Shown here in pieces: positions 29,145-37,314 of a stretch of DNA of 64,000 nt. This DNA is from Candidatus Marinacidobacterium sp. (GTDB lineage Bacteria; Acidobacteriota; Vicinamibacteria; Marinacidobacterales; Marinacidobacteraceae). The notes beneath the pieces were generated by a model. That model was not told the origin of the DNA and ran no database searches. It was given only the letters and a program-made list of their open reading frames with translations. The DNA lies in the NCBI GenBank assembly GCA_965220965.1, contig CBDCRI010000001.1, positions 160,001 to 224,000 on the forward strand. The letters run 5' to 3'. Position 1 is the first letter of the stretch; each line of letters begins with the position of its first letter. Made by a program: the position numbers and the translations under genes.

Positions 29145-29834
29145 ATGAGCAGCGACGAAAAGGTGGTGGTGGAGATTCGGGCCGCCGAGGGCGGCGCCGA
29201 CAGCCTGCTCTTCGCGGAGGAGCTGGCGCTGGCCTACGAGCGGCTCGCGGCGAGGAAGCGCTGAAAGGCGCGCCGGGCGCCCTCGGGCGGCAGGGGGCTG
29301 GCCTTGGCGGTCGAGGGGCCCGGGGCCGGCGGCCTGCGCCGGGAGGCGGGCGGGCACCGCGTCCAGCGGGTGCCCGCCAACGAGCGGCGCGGGCGCGTGC
29401 ACACCAGCACGGTCACCGTCGCGGTGCTTTCCGAGGGCGGCCCGGACGCGAACCTTCCCGACATCCCCAAGCGCGACCTGCGCATCGACTGGTTCTCCGG
29501 CCAGGGCAAGGGCGGGCAGCACCGCAACCGCAAGCGGAACTGCTGCCGCGTCACGCACCTGCCGTCCGGCATGCGGGAGGTCCGCCAGGGCCGCGAGCGC
29601 GAGCGCAACCTCGCGCAGGCGGTCGAGGCGCTGCGGCGGCGGCTCGCAACGGGCCGCAGGGACGCGGCGCTCGGGCGGCAGGCGGCGAGCCGCCGCGGGC
29701 AGGTCGGCAGCGGCATGCGCGGCGACAAGGCGTTCACGGTGCGCTTCCAGGACAACGTCGCGGTGCGCCACGCCACCGGCGCCAGGATGCGCGCCGACCT
29801 GTACATGGCCGGCCACATGGACCGGCTGTGGTGA
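29145..29834 (+). CDS. short RF1-like peptide chain release factor with in-frame TGA at codon 40
   Basis: GGAGG-ATG MSSDEKVVVEIRAAEGGADSLLFAEELALAYERLAARKR*KA... continues in frame to EAGGHRVQRVPANERRGRVHTS and GKGGQHRN; TGA at 29262-29264. Confidence 0.85.
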
Positions 29835-30191
29835 CGGCCGGCGGCGGCTTCGCGGGCCGCGGGCGCCCGGTGCCGCCGCCCGCGCTTCGCAAGGCCGCCG
29901 GAATGCCCGCAAAACGCCCCGGATACGCACATCATGCACGACAACTGCAATTGTCGCGCATCATTAAGAGGGCGGAAACCGACCCGTCCCGCCGCCGAGG
30001 AACGTCGCCGAAAAGCGGCTTCCGGGGCCTTCGCCCAAGTGCCGAACGCGGCCTTCGAACGTGCGGCATGCCGTTCAGTCCAAATGTCGGAAACGGCCGC
30101 AACTGCCTGGAAAGGCAAGGATTCGAGCCGCCATCCGGCGCCGGTCCTGCCGGGACCGGCTCGCAGGGGCGGCTCCTTGGCAAAGCTGGCC

Positions 30192-30623
30192 ATGGCCATT
30201 GAGTCCACGCTGCAGGGCGGGCTGCTGCTGGCCGCGGGCGCGCTGTTCGGCGATTGCCCCGACAGTCCCTTCGCGGTCGTTGTCTCGCAGGGCGCGGGCG
30301 AGCCGGCCAGCGTCGGCAGCTATGCCGTTCGGCTGTACGACGCCCGGGATCCGGAGTGGCCGCTCGATGCGTTCCTCGGCGGCTTGGTGCGCCCCCGCGA
30401 CGGCGCGGTCGAGTCGCTGGAGTTCGGCGACGTGGACGACGACGGAGAAGCCGAGGCGGTGGTGGCCGTGCGCTCCATGGGTTCAGGGAGGCATCTAGAC
30501 GCGGAGGCCTTCAAGGCCTGCCGCGGATCGCTCAGGCACGTCAGGTCCACCAGCGGGCTCCCGCCCGGTGCGGACCCCGTCAAGGCCCTCAAATCCTCCC
30601 CAGCTGGCATGGCGCGCCCATGA
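30192..30623 (+). CDS. pliI: PliI-family inhibitor of invertebrate-type lysozyme
   Basis: EPASVGSYAVRLY...RDG...RSMGSG motifs; hydrophobic N-terminus. Confidence 0.78.
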   Translation: MAIESTLQGGLLLAAGALFGDCPDSPFAVVVSQGAGEPASVGSYAVRLYDARDPEWPLDAFLGGLVRPRDGAVESLEFGDVDDDGEAEAVVAVRSMGSGRHLDAEAFKACRGSLRHVRSTSGLPPGADPVKALKSSPAGMARP

Positions 30624-30659
30624 AGGCATGGGGTGGCGCGTGGAACGCGCCCTGGCAGG

Positions 30660-30768
30660 GGTTGTTGTAAACTGCTTGCACCGCGCCGCCCGCGCGTCCT
30701 TGCCAAGAGGTTGAATAGACACGAAAGAAACGACAAATCGCCGCTGTTTCATTGGCTTAAGGCTTAGG
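30660..30768 (+). promoter_or_regulatory. CRISPR leader of array 2
   Basis: Lower GC; degenerate IHF-like TTTCATTGGCTTA at 30747-30759; the two leader-proximal repeats are identical. Confidence 0.6.
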
Positions 30769-31590
30769 GGCGGCCCCGCTTGCGCGGGGATGAACCCTTA
30801 TACTCAGGCAACTTTGATTAGTGCGTGATGGCGGCCCCGCTTGCGCGGGGATGAACCCGATGAATATGCGCCGATTACGCCGAACAGGGCGGCTGCCCCG
30901 CCAGCGCGGGGATGGACCTTCGCATTGACAATCGGGATGCGTATCCGGTAGGACTGCCCCGCCTGAGCGGGGATGGCCCCCCGTAAAGCAGAGCTTACGG
31001 ACACCATGCCATGACTGCCCCGCCAGCGCGGGGATGGGCCCAGGCAGCTACTATAGTGCGGCAGCATGAACAGGGCGGCCCCGCCTGCGCGGGGATGGAC
31101 CCATTGTCGCATTGATCGAAGGGAGTCGTGCGGCGACGGCCCCGCCAGCGCGGGGATGGACCCTCCATGCCTAGTCTCCTTGCGATGCATCAAAGGGCGG
31201 CTCCGCCAGCGCGGGGATTGACCCACATGGTTTGAGCTGCTCGAGTGGCGCGAGCCGGCGGCCCCGCCTGCGCGGGGATGGACCCTTTTTAGTGTGGTCG
31301 TGTGCAACCGATTCTGAGGCTGCCCCGCCTGCGCGGGGATGGCCCCCCGAAAATCAGGGCTTGCGGAAACCATGCCATGACTGCCCCGCCTGAGCGGGGA
31401 TGGACCCGTTTTGGAAGCACCCACGGGACATCTGAGCATGGCGGCCCCGCCGGCGCGGGGATGCACCCTTGATGGCGGCGTCATCGAGCTCCGAGGCAAT
31501 AACCGCCCCGCCAGCGCGGGGATGGAGCGACTGACGCTTAGTTGGGCTCAATTGCCTTTGCGGCTGCCCCGCCACTGCGGGGACGGGCCC
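30769..31590 (+). CRISPR. type I-E-like CRISPR array 2: 14 repeats (29 nt), 13 spacers (32 nt)
   Basis: G(G/A)C(G/T)GCCCCGCNNNNGCGGGGATGGACCC-like repeats at an exact 61-nt period from 30769 to 31562. Confidence 0.96.
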
Positions 31591-32243
31591 TCCGAAGCCG
31601 GCGGGGCGCTGCCGGTGACCTGATTGGCCCGTCGGTTCCGCGGCCCGTTGGCCCGCCCTGCCGCTCCGACAACGCCCTCGCTGCAGCCGTCTGGGCGCCC
31701 GGGGACGGCGAGTCCCGCTTAGGCGCCGCCATCGGCCCTTCGTCGGCGGCAAGCCCCTCGGGGTCCACCGCGGCGACGAACTCGCTGAGGCGGTCCGGCA
31801 ATTCGGCCATGACGACGCACGCCGACTCGATCGCCGGCCGGGCCAAACCCGCGCGGAACGGAACGTCGAGGCCGCGCACGGCCCAATCGCGCAGGGACAG
31901 GCATCGGCGGGCGTGGGCGGCCAGATCGGGCGGCAGGATCGCCGGGCGGCCCCGGCTGGCCTCGGCCGCCCGGTCAATGAGCGGCGCGCCCCTCGCCTCC
32001 CCTCCGGGCATTGACTCCCTGAGCGCGCGCAGCGCCTTCAGCAACGCCGCCTCCAAGGAGGCGTGGCCGCAACTGCATGGAGTAAAGAATGACCTTCTGG
32101 CCGTCCCTGCCCGCCGCCCCTGGCTGGGCATGGCTACCGGCCTCGAAGTGCCGAACGGCGTCGCCGAAGTGGCGCACGGCGCTTTGCGCGTCCGCCATCA
32201 TGGTCGCCCAAGGCGCGCCGAGCCGCCGGTCCGCCCCATCCAT
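31538..32243 (-). pseudogene. HepT/HEPN-like gene, frameshifted
   Basis: WATMMADAQSAVRHF...YSMQ, one extra T near 32072, then CGHASLEAALL...RPAILP...EFVAAVDP; the reading frame runs into the last CRISPR repeat. Confidence 0.5.
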
Positions 32244-32464
32244 GGCCTACGGCCGCCCCGAATGCCGCGTGGCGAGCGCAAGGCCGCCCGGGCGCCCATG
32301 CGCTTGGGCCGGGCTCGGCAGGCCATGCGTCGCGCCAAGCTTGCTGGCCTGGCCGCCGCGGTCAGCCCTGCCGCCGCTCGCAGCAGGCTGCCGAGGGATG
32401 TCCCGGCCGAGCAGCATTGGGATCGGGCCGGAGCCAGCGGGCTTTCCCAGGGCCGGACCAGGGC

Positions 32465-33448
32465 TCAGGGCGAGGGCGCGCGTCCGCGCGTCCGCCCCGC
32501 CCGCCGCAGGGTCGCAAGGTCCGCCTCGACCACGCCGCGGCGGACCTTTCCGAGGAAGGGGTCCCGCCGCCGAAGGGCCTCCCCGGTGCCGCCGCGGCGC
32601 AGCGCGGTGCCGCGGCCCCGGCCGATGCGCCAAGCGTGGCCGTGGCCGGGGCTCTCGAGAACGGCGTCCCCATCCCCGTCGCCGCCGCGCGTGACCACGA
32701 GGCTGAAGCCGGGCAGCGCCTCCGCGCGCACCAGCAGGTCGCCATCGCCGTCGGAAACGCAATCGACGCGGATTCGCCCGTGCCCGTCGGTGACGTCGAC
32801 CGCCACTTCCCAATGCGCCCCGTCCGGGGCCTCGACCTCCACGCCCGCGGGCGGGCGCCTGGCCCGCGCGCCATCGCCGAACGCCACCCCCTCGAACGGC
32901 CACGGCTGCTCATAGGGACTGGCCCGGAACCCGGGCGCCAGCACGTCCCGCTCCGCGCCGACGGACCGGTCGCGGTGCAGCCGGCGTATGCCGTCCCTAA
33001 GGTGCGAGCCGAGCGGCGGCAGGCCGGCCGGGCTGTCCGGGGGAAGCTCACCGCTGCGAACGGCCCGCTCCCGGTCGGCGCGCACGTCGGACCAGTCGAA
33101 GCAGATGACCTCAAGGGCCGCCGTGCCGTGCCCGGCGGATGCGACTTCGGCCCGCATCGAGACCTGGCTTCCGCAATGGCCGGGAAAGGGCTTGATGTCG
33201 GCGCTGGCCCGCAGCTCCAAGGCGGCGACCCCCCTGCCCCGGAAGTGATCGAGGACCTCGCAGGCCTCCTCGCTGAGGTGCGCCAAGCGGTCCCAGTGCC
33301 CGCAGTCGGCCGCGTCCGTCACGCCGCGGCCCATGTCGAGCACCCAGTGGGCCTCCAGGCCGCGGCCCTTGCCGGGCTCATGCCCAACCTCGCGCGCCAA
33401 GGCCTCCAAGGCGGCCCTCACGGAATAGGCTTTCGGCTCCCGGCGCAT
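32465..33448 (-). CDS. hypothetical protein with C-terminal Gly-rich repeat domain
   Basis: TATAAT on the minus strand at 33481-33486; TRGGDGDGDAVLESPGHGHAWRIGRGRGTALRRGGTGEALR. Confidence 0.65.
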   Translation of the reverse strand: MRREPKAYSVRAALEALAREVGHEPGKGRGLEAHWVLDMGRGVTDAADCGHWDRLAHLSEEACEVLDHFRGRGVAALELRASADIKPFPGHCGSQVSMRAEVASAGHGTAALEVICFDWSDVRADRERAVRSGELPPDSPAGLPPLGSHLRDGIRRLHRDRSVGAERDVLAPGFRASPYEQPWPFEGVAFGDGARARRPPAGVEVEAPDGAHWEVAVDVTDGHGRIRVDCVSDGDGDLLVRAEALPGFSLVVTRGGDGDGDAVLESPGHGHAWRIGRGRGTALRRGGTGEALRRRDPFLGKVRRGVVEADLATLRRAGRTRGRAPSP

Positions 33449-35024
33449 CGCGCCCGCCCCCTTCGAGATCGCTTGCGTCCATTATAGGAGCCGCCGTCCG
33501 GTCGGAGACCAGCTCGTCGAACCGCCGGTTGACCGCCGCCGGCAGGCGCCCGTCGCGGGCCACCGCCTCGATGGCGAGCGCGGCCGCTGACGCGGGAATG
33601 CCGGCCAGCCACGCCCGGGAGGGCGCGTGCGCGGCGTTGAGGTCCCCCGGCTCGAACTTCGCAAGGCCCCCTCCGTACGCGCGCTGGGTCAGCGCCAGCA
33701 GCCGGCGGCCGGCGTCGGAGAGCAGGTAGAGGAACAGCCGGTCCACCCAGCGGCGTCCGTCCCTAGCCGGCACGAAGCCGTGGTAGCAGGCCAGCGACAG
33801 CGCGCCCGCCCGGTTGAGCACCGGCTTGTACCCGCCGCGCGAGAACGTCCCGACCCACAGCGGGTCCGGCCCGTGGCGCTCCGTCCGGTGCCAGGCCGCG
33901 CGCCGGGAGGTTTGGTGGCGCAGGTGCACGCCCTCCCCCTCCCCGGTCGCGATCCGGGCAAGCGCGGCCGGCGAAGGGGGGTCCCCCGGCGCGAACAGTC
34001 GCACCCGGGCGTCCGCCGCCTCCAGCGCGCGCAGCCGCCGCCCGTCGAGCACCGGGCCCGCCACGTCGGCGCTGCGCGTGACGCACGGCAGCGCCTCCTG
34101 GCCGTCGCGCAGGCCCAGCGCGCGCACCTGCGACGGGCGCAGGGCGAAGAAGGCGTTGGCGCCGGAGACGATGCCCCGGCGGAAGCGCCCGTAGTCGCCG
34201 ATGCGGGCCAGGCCGGGGGCCGGGGCCGCCGCGGCCGGGTCGAACAGGGGCAGCCACCTCCCCGCCGGGTCGAGCCCGGCGGCCGGCTCGTCGGCCCCCT
34301 GCGGCAGGCGGCCGCCGCCGTCGAGCTCGGACAGGGCCGCCACCGAGGCGAAGCGCACCGCGCCGGCGCCCGCGCCGCGCTCGTGCAGCACGATGCCCAC
34401 CGTGGTGACCGCGTCCGGGAACGCCTCGGCCTCGCAGGCGACGCGGATCAGCGCGACCAGGCCGCCGTCCGCGAGCAGCCGCGCCTTGACCGCCCGGCCG
34501 TAGGCGGCGTTCAGGAACTCCAAGGGCATGACGTAGGCCGCCCGCCCGCCGGGCGCCAGCTCCGACAGGGACTTCACCAGGAACGCCGAGGCCATGTTCG
34601 CGTTGCCCGGCAGCGGCACCCCGGTGCGCCGCCTGATCAGCTCGATGGCGGCGGCCCGGGCGGCGAAGCCGTGGAAGCGGACGTAGGGCGGGTTGCAGAC
34701 GACGGCCTCGCGGCCCCCCTGCCCCCAATCGAGCAGGTAGTCCGCCTGCTTGACGCCGCCGCGGCCGGCGCCGCCCGGGGAGGACCGCCAGTGCGCGGCG
34801 ATGGCGGGGTCGACCTCGTGCCCGGTGCAGCGCACCCCCCGCATCCGGGCCTGGGCCTCGAAGGCGCCCAGCCCGAACGCCGGGTCGTGGAGGCTGCGCG
34901 CGCCGCCCCGCAGCGCCCAGCCGACCATGAAGCGGGCGATCGGGTCGGGCGTCATGAACTGCCCGAACCGGCGCCGGTGCGCCTCGCCGACCGAGGCGAC
35001 GTAGGCGGCTTCCGGATCCTTCAC
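33378..35024 (-). CDS. N6-adenine DNA methyltransferase (gamma class, Eco57I/TaqI-like)
   Basis: FGQFMTP, LHDPAFGLGAF, VVCNPPY and YVMPLEFLNAAYG; probable GTG start at 35024. Confidence 0.88.
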   Translation of the reverse strand: MKDPEAAYVASVGEAHRRRFGQFMTPDPIARFMVGWALRGGARSLHDPAFGLGAFEAQARMRGVRCTGHEVDPAIAAHWRSSPGGAGRGGVKQADYLLDWGQGGREAVVCNPPYVRFHGFAARAAAIELIRRRTGVPLPGNANMASAFLVKSLSELAPGGRAAYVMPLEFLNAAYGRAVKARLLADGGLVALIRVACEAEAFPDAVTTVGIVLHERGAGAGAVRFASVAALSELDGGGRLPQGADEPAAGLDPAGRWLPLFDPAAAAPAPGLARIGDYGRFRRGIVSGANAFFALRPSQVRALGLRDGQEALPCVTRSADVAGPVLDGRRLRALEAADARVRLFAPGDPPSPAALARIATGEGEGVHLRHQTSRRAAWHRTERHGPDPLWVGTFSRGGYKPVLNRAGALSLACYHGFVPARDGRRWVDRLFLYLLSDAGRRLLALTQRAYGGGLAKFEPGDLNAAHAPSRAWLAGIPASAAALAIEAVARDGRLPAAVNRRFDELVSDRTAAPIMDASDLEGGGRDAPGAESLFREGRLGGLGARGWA

Positions 35025-35241
35025 GAGGCGGGCGCCTTGCGGCCGGGGCCGCGGCGTTGGGGACGTGGCGGCGGCCAATGCCTGTCGGCCGCCGCCACTG
35101 GGCACTGCACCATTCGGCGGAGCCGGCCGTGGTGGGAAGGGAGGAGGGAAGCCGGCGCCCCGTGCAATGCGTGGCATGGAATATAGGCCGCGATTTTCAA
35201 TTAGTCAAGGCCTGTAGCGGAAGGGCCTGCCGACGCGCCGG

Positions 35242-36516
35242 CTACGGTGACGCAGGCGGCCGCGGGGACCGCCTTGCGGCGCCGCCGGGCGCGGGCGCGC
35301 CGACGGCCGGCCCGAACGCGGTGGACCAGGGCTCGGGGACTGAGAACACCTGCCCGCCCTCGGTCGGCGGAGGCACCTTGCCGGAGCCGGCCGACACCGC
35401 CAGGCCCGCGTTGAGCGGCCGGCGCCCGTGCCACGGAAGCCCCTCGGCATGGCCCACGTGGTACGCCCACCCGGCGCCCTCCCCGGCCCGTTCGGCGTTC
35501 CCCGGCCCACCGTAGCGCCCCACCGTGCCGCTGCCGGGCCCGGTTCGAACGGCGTAGCCGAATCCGCGCCCGACGAGGAACAGCCCGCCTGCCATTCCCC
35601 CGTCGAGCGTCACGTGGAGGGACTCCCCCTCCGGCAGGTCGACGATCCAGTCTCGGCCGTCCGCCTCAATGCCGACCGTCATGTACCGGCCGCCGTCCTT
35701 GGATGCGTTCAGGACGCGGGCCCCTCCCGATGCGTCCTGCGCCAGCCGCCGCAGCTGCTGCGCCGTCAGCCGAACGGCGGCCCGGGGGTCCGCCTCGCCG
35801 GGAAGGTATCCCGGCCGCCCGGCCGCTGCCGCCTCCAAGGACCAATAGGCCAGCTCGGCCTCCTCGCCCACCGCCGCCGACGGGCGCCCGCCGCACGCTG
35901 CCATGACTTCGCACTCCTCCCGCCAGCGCCGCCACAGCGGGGCCGGCACCCCCAGCCGGAGGAACTCCGCTTCCATGTCCCGCGGCAGCCGGACGCCGGA
36001 GGCGGCCACGCAAAGCGCCGCCAAGGCCCGCAGCCCGGCGCGGAGGTCCATGGCTTGCGGAAGCTCGCGGCCTTCGGCGACCGCGGCCCGCGCCCTTCCC
36101 GCCAGCGCGCTGTGGCGCGTCGCCCTCAGCAGGGCGCCCTCCTGGGTGAACCGAGCCGCCTCGGGGCTCAGCGCGGAGGCCAGCGGCGCGCCCGCCGACG
36201 AGCGGGCGCACGGGCCTTCGGGGGCCAGCGCCCCGCCCCGCAGGAGGGCGCGGGCCTCCAGCGCCATGGCGGCCACGGCGGCCCGCTCCAGCCGCTCACG
36301 GCCTTCCGCCCCCCCCAGCGGATCCCCGCCCGCGGTCGGATCGGTTGGGCGCCGGCCGGCGGCCACCGCATCGTGGACGAAGCCGCCGCCGAGGAGGCGC
36401 CCGGGGCCGTTGAGGAGCGCCATGGCCACGCCGAGCGCCTCGGCGGCCTTCGCGCTGGCCAGCCGGGCCAGCTCCTGGGCGTCGGCGTCGGGCCGCCCCT
36501 GTTCCGAGTCCGTCAT
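35242..36516 (-). CDS. hypothetical protein with C-terminal Gly-rich repeat domain
   Basis: AAGGA RBS then MTDSEQ; VGRGFGYAVRTGPGSGTVGRYGGPGNAERAGEGAGWAYHVG. Confidence 0.65.
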   Translation of the reverse strand: MTDSEQGRPDADAQELARLASAKAAEALGVAMALLNGPGRLLGGGFVHDAVAAGRRPTDPTAGGDPLGGAEGRERLERAAVAAMALEARALLRGGALAPEGPCARSSAGAPLASALSPEAARFTQEGALLRATRHSALAGRARAAVAEGRELPQAMDLRAGLRALAALCVAASGVRLPRDMEAEFLRLGVPAPLWRRWREECEVMAACGGRPSAAVGEEAELAYWSLEAAAAGRPGYLPGEADPRAAVRLTAQQLRRLAQDASGGARVLNASKDGGRYMTVGIEADGRDWIVDLPEGESLHVTLDGGMAGGLFLVGRGFGYAVRTGPGSGTVGRYGGPGNAERAGEGAGWAYHVGHAEGLPWHGRRPLNAGLAVSAGSGKVPPPTEGGQVFSVPEPWSTAFGPAVGAPAPGGAARRSPRPPASP

Positions 36517-36684
36517 TGGGTTTCCTTGTCCTTGGCCGAGGCGGTCCGCGGCGGCGTTGCCTGAATTAAAGCGGCCCGCCCCCGAATCGGTCCCTGGGCC
36601 GGGCCGGAAGGGGGCGCGAAGCGGACGGGGAGGCCTTCCCGTCGCGGCCCCTATAATCGCCCACCCAGCCCGACGCGGAGGGCG

Positions 36685-37278
36685 ATGATGTCCCCACCAA
36701 CCGACCCCTCCGGCCTGCGCTACGCCGGCATCGGCGCCCGCAGCACGCCGGCCGCGGTCCTCGCCCAGATGGCCACCATCGCCCGGTGGCTGGAGCGCCA
36801 GGGCTGGCACCTCGCCACCGGCGGCGCCAGCGGCGCCGACGCCGCCTTCGCGGACGCCGCCAGTCCCGGGGCGCGCACGCTCTACCTGCCCTGGGCCGGC
36901 TACAACGGCCGCGCGGGCGCCGACGCGGCGGTCCCCTCGCCCGCGCAGCTCGCCGCCTGGGCGGCGTGCGCCAGGGCGCACCACCCGGCCTGGGAGCGGT
37001 GCTCGCCCGCGGTCCGCAAGCTGCACGCCAGGAACGCCGCCATCCTGCTCGGCCCGGACCTCGACCGGCCGGTCGACGCCGCCGTCGCCTGGACCCCCGG
37101 CGGGCGGGCGGCGGGCGGCACGGGGCTCGGGATCAGGATCGCGCGATCGGCCGCCATACCGGTGCTGAACCTCGCGACGGTCGCCCCGCGGGCCGCCTGC
37201 GAGCGCCTCCGGGACCTGCGCCGGGCGCGGCTGTCCGGGCCCGCCGCGGACGGCGCCCGGCCGGGGGCGGGTTGCTAG
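36685..37278 (+). CDS. SLOG/DprA-like nucleotide-binding protein (phage type)
   Basis: YAGIGAR.TP, LATGGASGADAAF, LHARNAAILLG, WTPGG..GGTG and IPVLNL; CTATAAT at about 36651. Confidence 0.8.
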   Translation: MMSPPTDPSGLRYAGIGARSTPAAVLAQMATIARWLERQGWHLATGGASGADAAFADAASPGARTLYLPWAGYNGRAGADAAVPSPAQLAAWAACARAHHPAWERCSPAVRKLHARNAAILLGPDLDRPVDAAVAWTPGGRAAGGTGLGIRIARSAAIPVLNLATVAPRAACERLRDLRRARLSGPAADGARPGAGC

Positions 37279-37314
37279 AATCCGGTCGACCCCACGACCC
37301 GGAGGCGGCGCCCC

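Noticed and set aside
29262-29264. Whole-element reassignment of TGA (genetic code 4/25) or selenocysteine at the release-factor TGA
   Set aside because: Other genes use TGG for Trp and end at TGA, including GTGA/ATGA overlaps. The aligned residue is Trp rather than Cys, so Sec is unlikely.
30981-31012. Self-targeting by spacers (spacer 4 versus the hipA relic near 57353-57374; spacer 12 versus about 11257-11274; array-1 spacer 8 versus nrdJ near 54558)
   Set aside because: Only 11-18 nt partial or gapped matches, compatible with chance; no full protospacer was found by eye.
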